Of a stretch of 64,000 bases of DNA, positions 1 to 10,131 are shown piece by piece. The stretch lies in the IMG/VR virus record IMGVR_UViG_3300037189_002988, positions 16,722-80,721 of that record; one strand, written 5' to 3'. The DNA is from a virus. The notes under the pieces are model-generated. The model did no database searches and was not told the DNA's origin. It saw only the letters and a program-made list of their open reading frames with translations. The position numbers were made by a program, and so were the translations under genes. The stretch's first letter is position 1; each line of letters begins with the position of its first letter.

Positions 1-1
1 C

Positions 2-856
2 ACAGGAACAGTAGCAAGTGTTTCAGGTATTCAAGTTGGTCAAAGAGTTATTAGTGCAGATTTTCCAGATGGAACTTATGTTGCAGCAATTAGTGGAACA
101 ACATTAACATTTACTCAGGCATCAACTGCAACAAACCCTACAGGTGTACTATTTGCACCAATGGGTATGGCTAGTCCACAATCATTTACAATTTCTGCTA
201 CATCGCCAACAATGGTTGAATTAGCATTCCCATCATATTCATCTCAAATTTCACATTGGGGCACATCTGTAATTATGGATGGTAGATATGATGATGATAA
301 ATCTTTGGTATTTACATATGGACAAACAGCATTTACCACTATTGCATCAGGTGCTTCAAGAGCACTATTTTCAATTCGTGTAGCACCATCTGTAGATAAC
401 GGTATTGCTGCAAACTTTGGAACACGTGAACTTGTTAATAGAATGCAGTTAGTTCTTCGTGCTCTAGATGTTTCTACAAAAAGTGCCTCTGCAAACATGC
501 TTGTAACAGCAGTTCTTAATGGAACTCCAAGTTCTGCAACTGCATGGACAAATGCAATTAATAACGCTACAGGATTAGCAAATTCAAGTCTTGCACAAAT
601 TGCAAACTATGCAGCAGGATCAACAACAATTTCTGGTGGTGAAGTAACTGGAGGTTTCTTTGTTACTGGAACAACAAGCGTTGACTTAGAACGAGTTCGT
701 GATCTTGGAAATAGCATTCTTGGCGGCGGCGGTACAAATGCAAATACAAACATATATCCAGATGGACCAGATGTTCTTACAATTGTTGTAACAAATACTG
801 GTGCAGCAGCAGTAGATGTACTAGGAAGACTTTCTTGGACCGAAGCCCAGGCATAA
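2..856 (+). CDS. Virion structural / tail-associated protein, C-terminal part (5' end lies outside the window)
   Basis: The frame is open from base 2 into the listed ORF 161..856. Ser/Thr/Gly-rich beta-type composition; sits at the head of the fibre cluster. Confidence 0.6.
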   Translation, partial: TGTVASVSGIQVGQRVISADFPDGTYVAAISGTTLTFTQASTATNPTGVLFAPMGMASPQSFTISATSPTMVELAFPSYSSQISHWGTSVIMDGRYDDDKSLVFTYGQTAFTTIASGASRALFSIRVAPSVDNGIAANFGTRELVNRMQLVLRALDVSTKSASANMLVTAVLNGTPSSATAWTNAINNATGLANSSLAQIANYAAGSTTISGGEVTGGFFVTGTTSVDLERVRDLGNSILGGGGTNANTNIYPDGPDVLTIVVTNTGAAAVDVLGRLSWTEAQA

Positions 857-865
857 GGGGCGGGT

Positions 866-1435
866 ATGGGATTAAATAAACTCAATCATCAATATGATTA
901 TGAATTAAACGTTCCTATATTATCATCAGGTAATAATTCAACTATTGTTAATAATACAATTGGTACTAATAATATATCTGGTGTAAGTAATATTTCTAGC
1001 CCCCCTGCAACTACAGCCTCAGCATCTTTTACAAATACAGTTGACATTACTGGAAGACTTGATGTATCTGAAATATCAGAAAGAATTACTGATGTAGTTG
1101 TAACCCCAAGTGGTCTTTGTTATACAAACTTTAATCTTTCTAGCATATTTTATTTATCAAATAGTCCAACATCAAATTTTGCAATGAATGTTGATAATGT
1201 TCCAACAACCAATTTAAAATCAAATGTAGCATCTTTAATAATTCCACAAGGTGCAACAGGCTACGGAGTTTCAACTTTTCAAATTAATGGAGTTACTCAA
1301 ACAATTAGATGGTTAGGTGGAACAGGACCAACTCCAACTAACGGTGCTGGAAGAATAGATATATATAACTTTACTATGATTAGAAGATCAAATTCTTGGA
1401 TAGTTATAGGTAACGCTAACCAAAATATTATTTAG
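866..1435 (+). CDS. Tail fibre adaptor protein (type A C-terminal domain)
   Basis: C-terminus IRWLGGTGPTPT..GRIDIYNF..WIVIGN is clearly paralogous to the C-terminus of 8153..9085. Both are followed by a Gly-rich protein. Confidence 0.6.
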   Translation: MGLNKLNHQYDYELNVPILSSGNNSTIVNNTIGTNNISGVSNISSPPATTASASFTNTVDITGRLDVSEISERITDVVVTPSGLCYTNFNLSSIFYLSNSPTSNFAMNVDNVPTTNLKSNVASLIIPQGATGYGVSTFQINGVTQTIRWLGGTGPTPTNGAGRIDIYNFTMIRRSNSWIVIGNANQNII

Positions 1436-1442
1436 GAGTTAT

Positions 1443-2195
1443 ATGCCAGCAACTAGTATATTATCTGGAAACTTTGGAGTAATTGGAAAAAGATCTGGTA
1501 GCGGTGGTGGATCTTTTAATGCATCTGGTGGAAATCAAACTATAGATAGTGGCGGATATAGAATTCATAAATTTACAGCAACTGGTTCATTTACTGCAGT
1601 TGGAACAAAGTCAATACAATGTTTTGTTTTGGCAGGTGGAGGACCAGGTTCTTTAGCAACAGGGTCAAATGGCGGTGGTGGAGGTGGTGCTGGAGGATTA
1701 ATTATTTCTTCTTTTAATAATGTAGGAACAAACGTATATACAATTACTGTTGGTGGTGCTGGTTCAAGTTCTTCAATTGATAGTATAAAAGTTGCACAAC
1801 CTGGTGGTGCTGGTGGAGCATTAAGTTCAAGCGGCACACCTGGACCATCTGGTGGCGGTGGAGGTGGATACGGAAGTGGTGCATTTGGTGGATACAATGA
1901 TGATCTTGATGCAGAAACATTTGGAAATGCAGGTGGAAATGGAAATTCTTCTGGTACACCATTAGGTGGTGGAGGAGGAGGTGCTGGTGGTCCTGGAGGA
2001 AATGCAAGTAGTTCGTTTGGTGGCTCTGGCGGATTAGCATACACATCATCATTTGATGGAACATCAAGAGAGTATGGTCGTGGTGGTGCTGGATTTAATG
2101 GATCAAATAGTGGAAATGCTGCTAACACTGGAAATGGTGGAACATATCTTAGTGCAGGCGGTAGTGGAATTGTAATGTTAAGATATGCAATTTAA
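1443..2195 (+). CDS. Glycine-rich tail fibre tip / putative receptor-binding protein, copy 1
   Basis: ASGG..YRIHKFTATGSF start of domain, poly-Gly tracts, C-terminal GGSGIVMLRY. RBS aggag upstream. Confidence 0.65.
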   Translation: MPATSILSGNFGVIGKRSGSGGGSFNASGGNQTIDSGGYRIHKFTATGSFTAVGTKSIQCFVLAGGGPGSLATGSNGGGGGGAGGLIISSFNNVGTNVYTITVGGAGSSSSIDSIKVAQPGGAGGALSSSGTPGPSGGGGGGYGSGAFGGYNDDLDAETFGNAGGNGNSSGTPLGGGGGGAGGPGGNASSSFGGSGGLAYTSSFDGTSREYGRGGAGFNGSNSGNAANTGNGGTYLSAGGSGIVMLRYAI

Positions 2196-2208
2196 TAAAT
2201 TACTACAA

Positions 2209-2217
2209 TGCTATAAT
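2209..2217 (+). promoter_or_regulatory. Extended -10 promoter TGCTATAAT, no recognisable -35
   Basis: Intergenic TGnTATAAT followed by RBS aaggtg and ATG 2234. The same motif recurs before many structural genes. Confidence 0.55.
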
Positions 2218-2233
2218 TAAAAAGGTGAATTAA

Positions 2234-3718
2234 ATGACAAAACCAATGTATATTTGGGACGGATTATCTTGGCAACCAGCCGTTGATAATTTACTTGGAA
2301 CAACTGCAAAAGTTGTTTATCAAGCATCTGAGCCAGATATTGTAGAAATTGGTACTGTATGGGTAAATAGTGCTGCGTCTGCAGTTCCAGACTATACGGC
2401 CACAAGTGCAACTCAAATTGCATATAGCCCTTCAATTTATACTTCAGCAAGTGCAACTAATGTTCAATTAGGACTAGATTATTTAAGACTTAATCCTTTT
2501 GTTTACGTTACTTCTGTAACAAGACCAGGGTATCCAAATATTGGAATGGTTATATATGAAACAGATACTAAAAAAACATATATGTGGAATGGACTAAAGT
2601 GGGCAAATGTAAGTGATAGTGCTGCAATATATCAATCAGCAGACCCATCTATATCAGATCCATTTATAAACGTTGGAACGTTTTGGGTTGATTCAGACAA
2701 CGGTGTTTTAAAATATTTTAATGGTACATCTTTTGTTGAACCAGAATTTCTTGATTATTTAACATTATCTTCAGCATCGTCAACATACTTAACAAGATCT
2801 TCGGCATCGTCAACATACTTAACTCAATCTTCAGCATCCTCAACATATACCACCCCAGCACAAATAGCACAAGACTATTTATCTAAAGCCTCAGCATCAT
2901 CAACATACTTAACACAGTCTTCAGCGTCATCAACCTATCTAACTCAATTTGTTGCAAGCACTGATTACTTAACAATTGCAAACGCAACCAATAACTACCT
3001 TCCTAAAACTGCAAGCATGGCATTCACTAGGTGGAGAAAGACATATTCTGCTTCAGCAACTGCTATAACAGGCTCTGATGATAATCTATATAGTTTACAA
3101 TATAATCCAGGGTATGAACAAGTATTCATAAATGGAGTATTACTTGCTAATAATGAATATACTACTACTAACTCAAACTTAATTACTTTAAATCAACCAG
3201 TATTACCTAATGAAATTATAGATATATATGCATATCAAAATTCAACGAATGTTAATACATATACCCAGGGTCAAATAGACTCTAAATATAATGAGTATTC
3301 AAGATGGAGAAAAGCATTTTTATCAAGTGCTTCTGTAATTACAGGAATAGATGACCTTGGAAATACTTTAAACTATACCCCTGGATATGAACAAGTATAT
3401 TTAAATGGTATTTTATTAACTCCAATTATTGACTATACAAGACTAGCAAATACTGTTATAACATTGCCTACCTCAATAGTTTCTGGAGATATATTAGAAA
3501 TAGTTGGACTCAAACCATTTAATGTAGCAAGTCTTGATTTTGAGCCAAACATACCTTATGTATCAGCATCACCTACTTCTCCAGTACCTGGTACTTTATG
3601 GATTGACTCAACAACTATCACTTCACCCAAATTGAAAGTGTATAATGGAACTAAGTGGATCGCTGTCTCTGGTGGTGGAGGAGACTCTGGTTTCCATCCA
3701 TTCTTTGGAGCGTACTAA
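2234..3718 (+). CDS. Tail fibre shaft protein with 10-aa repeats and a duplicated domain
   Basis: Several W-x-D/N..Y/W-NG-x-x-W fibre motifs, YLTxSSASST repeats, two RWRK..GYEQV(F/Y)(I/L)NG(V/I)LL domains, C-terminal FHPFFGAY. Confidence 0.65.
   Translation: MTKPMYIWDGLSWQPAVDNLLGTTAKVVYQASEPDIVEIGTVWVNSAASAVPDYTATSATQIAYSPSIYTSASATNVQLGLDYLRLNPFVYVTSVTRPGYPNIGMVIYETDTKKTYMWNGLKWANVSDSAAIYQSADPSISDPFINVGTFWVDSDNGVLKYFNGTSFVEPEFLDYLTLSSASSTYLTRSSASSTYLTQSSASSTYTTPAQIAQDYLSKASASSTYLTQSSASSTYLTQFVASTDYLTIANATNNYLPKTASMAFTRWRKTYSASATAITGSDDNLYSLQYNPGYEQVFINGVLLANNEYTTTNSNLITLNQPVLPNEIIDIYAYQNSTNVNTYTQGQIDSKYNEYSRWRKAFLSSASVITGIDDLGNTLNYTPGYEQVYLNGILLTPIIDYTRLANTVITLPTSIVSGDILEIVGLKPFNVASLDFEPNIPYVSASPTSPVPGTLWIDSTTITSPKLKVYNGTKWIAVSGGGGDSGFHPFFGAY
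2756..3010 (+). repeat. 30-bp / 10-aa tandem repeat (YLTxSSASST), about 8 degenerate copies
   Basis: Repeated tacttaacNNNNtcttcNgcatcNtcaaca units are visible in both DNA and protein. Confidence 0.85.
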
Positions 3719-4054
3719 ATGCCTAATGTTTATAAGTCACCAGCACAGGTAATACCTGTTGCAGAAACCTTAACAACTCTTTATTCTGTACCAGCAAGTA
3801 CTCAAACAGTTATATCAAATATACACGTTTGTAATCTTGGAACAACATCTGCATCAATAAGAATTGCAGTTAGACCACTTGGTGCACAGATTGCAAATCA
3901 ACACTACTTATTTTACGGACTAACAGTAACTGCTTATGATACTATTGAATTAGGTCATGGAATTACCATGGGTGCATCAGATGTATTATCAGTGCATGCA
4001 TCTAGTGGTAGTGTAAGTTTTACTTTATCATATGCCGAGGTGACTGCAGACTAA
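3719..4054 (+). CDS. Small beta-rich fibre connector protein (type B), copy 1
   Basis: Paralogous to 12757..13086 (YK..Q..P...T.TTLY.VP..TQ.V.S.I.VCN...RIA.RP.G...AN.HY). Confidence 0.6.
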   Translation: MPNVYKSPAQVIPVAETLTTLYSVPASTQTVISNIHVCNLGTTSASIRIAVRPLGAQIANQHYLFYGLTVTAYDTIELGHGITMGASDVLSVHASSGSVSFTLSYAEVTAD

Positions 4055-4929
4055 TGCCAATAAGTTCATTAAACTCAATTGCAAGAAATCCAAATGTTCA
4101 ATTATTAACTGCAAATGGAGGAAACTCATTTTCAGATATAGTTGTGGGGCAACAAACATTTAGAGTTCATACATTTTTATCATCATCAAATTTTACAATA
4201 ACTGCTGGACAAGGGGTTATTGAATATACTATTGTTGCTGGAGGTGGTGCTGGAGGTGGTGTTAATAACACAACTCCATCTGGCGGTGGAGGTGGTGCTG
4301 GAGGAATGTTGAGTGGTGTAACAAATATATTAGTTGCTGGAACTTATCCAGTTGTTGTTGGTTCAGGTGGACCAGCAAATAGTTATGTGGGAAACCCTGG
4401 AGGAAATTCAAGTTTTAACAACGTTACATGCTTTGGCGGTGGACAAGGTGGTGCTCATGGTGCAGATGGTGGATACCAAGGAGGATCTGGTGGAGGTGCT
4501 TCTCATTGGGGCCAAGGTGCTGCTGGTGTTGCTGGACAAGGATTTAGAGGTGGTAACGCTAATGCATCAAGTGGACATTTAGGTGGAGGCGGAGGCGGTG
4601 CTGGTGGTACTGGTGGAGACGCTAGCGGACAAGTTGCTGGAGCAGGCGGAAGTGGTGCTTCGACAACAATAACTGGAACTTCAATAACACACGCAGGTGG
4701 TGGTGGAGGTGGATCAGATAATCGTGGTTCATCAAATCAAGTAGGTGGTCCTGCAGGTTCAGGTGGTGGAGGAACTGGTGGAGGTGGTCCAAATAACTGG
4801 CAAGGTCAAGCAGCCCAAATAAATACTGGATCAGGCGGTGGCGGTGGTTCTGGTTGGACAAGTGGTGTTACAAGAACTGGTGGTAACGGCGGCAGTGGAA
4901 TAGTTTATATTCGCTATAGGATAGCCTAA
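4054..4929 (+). CDS. Glycine-rich tail fibre tip protein, copy 2
   Basis: ANGG..FRVHTFLSSSNF, poly-Gly tracts, C-terminal GGSGIVYIRY. Confidence 0.65.
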   Translation: MPISSLNSIARNPNVQLLTANGGNSFSDIVVGQQTFRVHTFLSSSNFTITAGQGVIEYTIVAGGGAGGGVNNTTPSGGGGGAGGMLSGVTNILVAGTYPVVVGSGGPANSYVGNPGGNSSFNNVTCFGGGQGGAHGADGGYQGGSGGGASHWGQGAAGVAGQGFRGGNANASSGHLGGGGGGAGGTGGDASGQVAGAGGSGASTTITGTSITHAGGGGGGSDNRGSSNQVGGPAGSGGGGTGGGGPNNWQGQAAQINTGSGGGGGSGWTSGVTRTGGNGGSGIVYIRYRIA

Positions 4930-4930
4930 A

Positions 4931-5977
4931 ATGGGTAGAGCAAGAGATATTGCTAGTTTATTCACAACAAGTAGTGCATTAGCAACAGATAGTGAAGTTG
5001 CTTCTTTATATACCCCGCTATCTTCTCCAGTAACATCATATAAAAATAAATTAATTAATGGAGAATTTGATATTTGGCAAAGAGGAACTACCTTTAGTGC
5101 TGGTGGCTATACTGCAGATAGATGGCTTCTACAGGTAAACGGATCAGGTGCAACAAGGTCAGTATCTCAACAAACACTTACTCCAGGCTCTATAACTGGA
5201 TATGAATCAGCATTCTTTTTAAGATATAATCAGTCAGTTGCTGGTACTAGTGCTACGTTTAATATTATCGACCAAAGAATTGAAGATGTTAGAACTCTTG
5301 CAGGTCAAACTGTAACAGTATCATTTTGGGCTAAAGCAGATTCAACAAGAACTATCACCTCATCTATTCAACAAGTATTTGGAACTGGTGGGTCATCAGA
5401 AGTTGCTGGATTAGCAAGTGGTAACATAAACATTACAACATCTTGGACTAGATATTCTTATACTGGAACTTTATCAAGTATATCTGGAAAAACAATTGGT
5501 ACAGATAGTTATGCAGCATTTAGAATTAATTTTCCAATAAATGCTACATTTACCGTAGATATTTGGGGGGTACAAGTAGAAAATGGATCTATTGCTACTG
5601 AATTTGAACAAAGATTTATAGGTGATGAATTAAGAATGTGTCAAAGATATTATGAAAAATCTTATGCATTAACAACAAATCCAGGAACAATAAATGTTGG
5701 AATTACTGTAAATGGATTTAGCACATCTTCTGCTCAAAAGTGCATATTTCCTGGTCCTTGGAAAGTTCAAAAAAGAACAACTCCGTCAAACGTAATAGTA
5801 TATGACGAAGCAGGTAACTCAAATAGAATATCAACTTTAGATGCTGGCGGAACTGCTACAAACAATGTTGCTGTTGCAATTAGTATTTTTGATGATTCTT
5901 GTTTTCGTGCTTTAGGTTCAAATAATGGAACACAAGCAGGATATAAATATTCTTGGACCGCTGATGCAGAATTATAA
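4931..5977 (+). CDS. Tail fibre protein with a carbohydrate-binding-module-like domain
   Basis: KNKLINGEFDIWQRGT..YTADRW, TVTVSFWAKAD, TTSWTRYS, GVQVENGSIATEFE..ELRMCQRYYEKS is a common phage CBM-like fibre domain. Confidence 0.65.
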   Translation: MGRARDIASLFTTSSALATDSEVASLYTPLSSPVTSYKNKLINGEFDIWQRGTTFSAGGYTADRWLLQVNGSGATRSVSQQTLTPGSITGYESAFFLRYNQSVAGTSATFNIIDQRIEDVRTLAGQTVTVSFWAKADSTRTITSSIQQVFGTGGSSEVAGLASGNINITTSWTRYSYTGTLSSISGKTIGTDSYAAFRINFPINATFTVDIWGVQVENGSIATEFEQRFIGDELRMCQRYYEKSYALTTNPGTINVGITVNGFSTSSAQKCIFPGPWKVQKRTTPSNVIVYDEAGNSNRISTLDAGGTATNNVAVAISIFDDSCFRALGSNNGTQAGYKYSWTADAEL

Positions 5978-5997
5978 AATGGAGGGTATAGAATAAT

Positions 5998-6522
5998 ATG
6001 GGTATAACAAGAGAAATGTCAAAGATCTTATCAACAAGTACTGCTATTACCACAGATGCAGAAATATCTGCATATAACTATTTATCACAAACATCTGCTA
6101 GTACAACATACGCTACAATTTCTAACTTTCCATCAAGTGCCTGGACATCTTTTAATCCTCAATTAGACCAGGGTACAACAAATATTAGTAAAACTATCAA
6201 CTATTGTAAATATATTAAGTTAGGTAAAACTGTTATTGCAAATGGATATATTGCAGTCACTGCAAATGGAACTGCAGGAGCAAACGTTACTTTAACCCTT
6301 CCATTACTAGCAGCAAGTGCTGGTCAGCCAATTGGTAGTTTTATAATTTATGGATCAAGTGGCAACGTAAACTTTGCTGGAACAGCCTGGGCTTTAACAA
6401 CAAGCCAAATGGCATTTAGATCAGATGCCTCTAACTTTGAATCATATTTTGGAAATCAACCAAATAGGGCTATAGTAAACATAGACTCAATTGCTTTTTC
6501 AATTGCCTATGAAGTGGCTTAA
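5998..6522 (+). CDS. Tail fibre / receptor-binding protein
   Basis: N-terminus MGITREMSKILSTSTAITTDAEI resembles that of 4931..5977. WTSFNP..YIKLGKTV..LTLP resembles phage fibre head domains. Confidence 0.55.
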   Translation: MGITREMSKILSTSTAITTDAEISAYNYLSQTSASTTYATISNFPSSAWTSFNPQLDQGTTNISKTINYCKYIKLGKTVIANGYIAVTANGTAGANVTLTLPLLAASAGQPIGSFIIYGSSGNVNFAGTAWALTTSQMAFRSDASNFESYFGNQPNRAIVNIDSIAFSIAYEVA

Positions 6523-6552
6523 TAGGATATAATATAACGAGGAGGTAGTAAA

Positions 6553-6921
6553 ATGGCACATTTTGCAGAATTAAATGAAGATAATATTGTTCAAAGAGTA
6601 ATTGTTGTTAATAATGAAGACTGTCTAGACGCTAATGGCGTTGAGTCAGAAGAAGTTGGTTCAGCATTTTGTCACAATTTATTAGGTGGCACCTGGAAAC
6701 AAACATCATATAGTGGTAGTTTTAGAAAAAACTATGCTGGTAATGGATATAAATATGATGCTGAAAAAGATGCTTTTATTTCACCAAAACCATTTAGTAA
6801 GTGGATTCTTAATGAAGATACTTGTCAGTGGGAACCACCAGTAGCATATCCAGATGATGATAAGTTTTATGTATGGAATGATAACAAAGGAGTATGGGAA
6901 GAGTCTGATCTTTCTAACTAA
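6553..6921 (+). CDS. Small acidic fibre-associated protein (MAHFA type)
   Basis: MAHFAEL..NIVQRVIVV..WKQTSY..FRKNYAG.GY.YD...DAFI.PKP..W.LNE....WEPP. Paralog at 13832..14149. Strong RBS ggagg. Confidence 0.6.
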   Translation: MAHFAELNEDNIVQRVIVVNNEDCLDANGVESEEVGSAFCHNLLGGTWKQTSYSGSFRKNYAGNGYKYDAEKDAFISPKPFSKWILNEDTCQWEPPVAYPDDDKFYVWNDNKGVWEESDLSN

Positions 6922-7178
6922 TGCCTAACATATCAGCAAATTCTAGACCAGCACAAGTTTGGAATGGAACCGAATGGGTTCCAATTGCTGGCGTTCAACC
7001 AAACTATGAATTTGGTGCAGCAGATCCAACACATGCTGCAAAAGAAGGAACCGTCTACTTTAAATTAAGCGGGGAATTAAATGAAGTAGTAGGTTTATAT
7101 GTAGTTATTAATGGAACTTGGATAGAATTTAAGTCAGTATTTAATTTACAGAATGTAACATGGGGCGACCTTGCTTGA
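6921..7178 (+). CDS. Small virion-associated protein
   Basis: RPAQVWNGTEWVPIAG motif shared with 2234, 12112 and 14166. Start overlaps the upstream stop. Confidence 0.5.
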   Translation: MPNISANSRPAQVWNGTEWVPIAGVQPNYEFGAADPTHAAKEGTVYFKLSGELNEVVGLYVVINGTWIEFKSVFNLQNVTWGDLA

Positions 7179-7206
7179 CAATGATATAATAAAAAGGGTG
7201 ATATAA

Positions 7207-7557
7207 ATGGCATTTCCAGCAACATATAATTTCAATTACTACCGTGGTGATAGTTACGAGTTCGTTATTTATCCAAAGAATGCTAATGGAACTGCATTTG
7301 ATTTATCATCTTACAATTCTAATTTATTTACAGTAGCAACAGATAGAGGTACTGGTGCAACTCTAGTAGGAACTGGTACAGTAACAAAGTCTGGCTCTAC
7401 AGCACTAATATGTAAAATAACTCCAACACTTGGAGATTTAATGTCTTTAGCAACATATGTTTATGATGTTCAAATTAATAATACAACAGCGTCAACTAAG
7501 TACACACTACTAACAGGAAACATCAGCGTAACACAAGACGTATCTGGCAGGGTATAA
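7207..7557 (+). CDS. BppU-N-like fibre attachment protein
   Basis: YNFNYYRGDS.EF......G.AFDLSSY ... YVYDVQI ... LLTGNISV pattern typical of baseplate-upper-protein N-terminal-like domains. Confidence 0.5.
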   Translation: MAFPATYNFNYYRGDSYEFVIYPKNANGTAFDLSSYNSNLFTVATDRGTGATLVGTGTVTKSGSTALICKITPTLGDLMSLATYVYDVQINNTTASTKYTLLTGNISVTQDVSGRV

Positions 7558-8133
7558 ATGGCAATTAACTCAGTAGTTCAAACTGATTCAATCACAGTGT
7601 TTGGTCCACCAGCAGCAATTGATGTTGCTTTAGACATTGGCCCATCTGGAGAAAGAGGAAGTTTAATATATTCTGGATCTGGTGATCCAAACATTAATAC
7701 AGGTGCATTTGTTAACGAAAGTCCAAAAGTAAGCGACCTATATGTTAGAACAGACGCTGGTGGAGACTATGGTGTTGTATACCAATATAATACAGTTCCT
7801 GGCGGTAATGAATGGCAATCAGTATTAAAGTTTCAGCCAATATTATTTAGTAAAATAGAAACATTAAATTTTGCTTCAGGTAGTGCAAGTGTTTCTATAC
7901 CACTAAGTGAAATTTATCAAGATGCACCAGCATCATTATTGGCAGAAAATATTTCAATTCAACTTACACCACAACACTCTGAGGCTATCGCACACTCAAT
8001 TTCAGCAAAGGCTTTAAGTGTATCTGGAACAAGGGCACTACTATTTACAGTCAAGGCAAAACAAATAGCGGGTAGTATAACTGATTTATCAGGCAATATA
8101 GCCTTTAACATATCTATTACTATCGTGTTATAA
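7558..8133 (+). CDS. Minor tail / structural protein
   Basis: Short collagen-like GPSGERGS followed by G.GDP..DLYVR fibre motif; fibre-cluster context. Confidence 0.5.
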   Translation: MAINSVVQTDSITVFGPPAAIDVALDIGPSGERGSLIYSGSGDPNINTGAFVNESPKVSDLYVRTDAGGDYGVVYQYNTVPGGNEWQSVLKFQPILFSKIETLNFASGSASVSIPLSEIYQDAPASLLAENISIQLTPQHSEAIAHSISAKALSVSGTRALLFTVKAKQIAGSITDLSGNIAFNISITIVL

Positions 8134-8152
8134 TTTAAGAAGGTGAAGCAAA

Positions 8153-9085
8153 ATGGCAGGTCAATTTTTAAGTGATGCATCTGGATACGGTGCTACAGAA
8201 TTTGATACAAAGATTCCCTCACTAAACGATCAAGCAAATATCGTAGAGGCTTTTAAACTTTATCACTATGGACTAGATAACTATACAGGTGCAGAAGCAC
8301 CAGCAGCAGACAGCATCCACGCTCATTTATCAGACTTTAACACAAGACTAGAATTACAAGAAAGCACACCATCTGGCGGTGGAGTTGTTCAAACAGCAAT
8401 TCCTCATTTACTAGTTAGAGCAGATAATACAACAACTATTCTTCCAGAAGGATACATCTGGGTTGATCAAGATGGAACAGTTCCAAGTGTTACAGCCGCT
8501 GGAGTTGTATCATACTTAAATGATGAACCATCACCAGCAACACATGGTCAAGTTTGGATTGACAAAGACTACAATATTGCACCAGTAAATATTTCAGCAT
8601 ATGCACCTACTGCAAATCCTACTTTTACAGGAACAGTAATTGCTCCAACACTAAACTCAACAACTTTAACAGCAACAACAGCAAACTTAACAAACTTAAC
8701 AGTTACTGGAGCAGCAAACATTGCTGAAGTTACAGAAACTGTAAACACCTTGTCATTTGTATCTGGCTCAGTAACTGGAAATTATAATGATAGTGCAATT
8801 TTTTACACATCATCAGGAACAATTGCAAACTTTGGAGTAATTCTTACAAACATTCCAACAACAAATAATAGAGTAACAACAATGTCATTTATGATAACTC
8901 AAGCATCAACTGGATATATTCCAAATGCAATAAGTGTTAACGGATCAAATCAAACAATTAGATGGGTTGGTGGAACCGCTCCAACTCCAACAAGTTCTGT
9001 AGGGAAAATTGATATCTTCATATTTTCACTTTTAAGAATATCCGATTCTTGGATAGTTCTTGGAAGTTCTAATTTAAATATTTAA
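8153..9085 (+). CDS. Tail fibre protein with type A C-terminal adaptor domain
   Basis: GYIWVD and GQVWID motifs, YAPTANPTFTGTV shaft motif, C-terminus paralogous to 866..1435. Confidence 0.6.
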   Translation: MAGQFLSDASGYGATEFDTKIPSLNDQANIVEAFKLYHYGLDNYTGAEAPAADSIHAHLSDFNTRLELQESTPSGGGVVQTAIPHLLVRADNTTTILPEGYIWVDQDGTVPSVTAAGVVSYLNDEPSPATHGQVWIDKDYNIAPVNISAYAPTANPTFTGTVIAPTLNSTTLTATTANLTNLTVTGAANIAEVTETVNTLSFVSGSVTGNYNDSAIFYTSSGTIANFGVILTNIPTTNNRVTTMSFMITQASTGYIPNAISVNGSNQTIRWVGGTAPTPTSSVGKIDIFIFSLLRISDSWIVLGSSNLNI

Positions 9086-9094
9086 GGAAAACCT

Positions 9095-9874
9095 ATGCCA
9101 ATATTATCATCATTCAGTGGCTCTAGGGGCGTAACAGGAAGACAACAACAAAGTCCATTTACCGCAACTGGTGGAACAATGACAGAAGCCACTATTAGTG
9201 GAACAATATATAAAGTTCATACATTTACAACTAGCGGAATTTTTCAAGTTTTAAGCGGTAAATCAGATATTAGTTATTTAGTAATTGCAGGTGGTGGATC
9301 AGGTGGTGGTCCAAATACTAACTTTGGTGGATCAGGTGGTGGTGGAGGTGCTGGAGGTTTACTACAAGGATCAGCATCTAATATAACACCTGCTTCATAT
9401 ACAGTTACAGTTGGAAATGGTGGAACATCAGTACCAAGTTCTGGAGGTATATCATCTATTTCTGGAATTGTAAGTACAGTTGGTGGAGGTCATGGTGGTA
9501 GAGGAGACGGTGTTTATAGCGGAACTACTGGTGGATCTGGTGGAGGTGCTGGACGAGGAACTGGTGCAGGAAGTGGTACTTCTGGACAAGGACATGCTGG
9601 AGGTGCTGCTCAATATTTAAGTTGGGGTGCTGGTTCAGGTGGAGGTGCTGGAGGTGCTGGTATTCAAGGTGGAGGAGATCTTTCTTCTCAACCAGGTGGA
9701 GCAAGTGTTACTATAAACTTTAATGGAACTTCAACAGAATATGCTAGAGGTGGTGCTGGAGGATCAAGAGACAGTGGAGGTACTACATACCTTGGTGAAA
9801 ATACTGGTGCAGGTGGCGGTGGCGGTGCTGCTGGAAGATCTGGTATTGTTATGATAAGATATGTTAAACCATAA
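9095..9874 (+). CDS. Glycine-rich tail fibre tip protein, copy 3
   Basis: ATGG..YKVHTFTTSGIF, poly-Gly tracts, C-terminal GRSGIVMIRY. Confidence 0.65.
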   Translation: MPILSSFSGSRGVTGRQQQSPFTATGGTMTEATISGTIYKVHTFTTSGIFQVLSGKSDISYLVIAGGGSGGGPNTNFGGSGGGGGAGGLLQGSASNITPASYTVTVGNGGTSVPSSGGISSISGIVSTVGGGHGGRGDGVYSGTTGGSGGGAGRGTGAGSGTSGQGHAGGAAQYLSWGAGSGGGAGGAGIQGGGDLSSQPGGASVTINFNGTSTEYARGGAGGSRDSGGTTYLGENTGAGGGGGAAGRSGIVMIRYVKP

Positions 9875-9882
9875 GGAAAAAT

Positions 9883-10131
9883 ATGAATTATAAATTTAAA
9901 CCACTAAGCCCTATTGCAGAAAATAGTGGGGTTGTAAAAAAGGTAGATCTTGGAACTCATTATTCAACCTTTATAAGTCCATTTGATTTTGAAGTAGATG
10001 AATCTAATGATATGTATGTATGTGGAAAAGAATATAGCATTAATGAATCAAAAGCCGAAGAACTATTCTTATCTGGATATGGACATTTTTTAGACCCAGC
10101 ATTTATTCAAGATATTGAAGAAGAAGTTTAA
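9883..10131 (+). CDS. Hypothetical protein
   Basis: 82-aa ORF with RBS aagga. Stop overlaps the convergent carbamoyltransferase stop by 4 nt. Confidence 0.5.
   Translation: MNYKFKPLSPIAENSGVVKKVDLGTHYSTFISPFDFEVDESNDMYVCGKEYSINESKAEELFLSGYGHFLDPAFIQDIEEEV

Noticed and set aside
1565-2128. Pro-rich minus-strand ORF and similar antisense ORFs over the Gly-rich genes
   Set aside because: Shadow frames of GGT/GGA-rich sense genes, with no RBS or promoter support.
2756-3010. Possible CRISPR-like array (regular 30-bp periodicity)
   Set aside because: The repeats are contiguous, in frame and vary at synonymous positions, with no unique spacers. This is a coding repeat.
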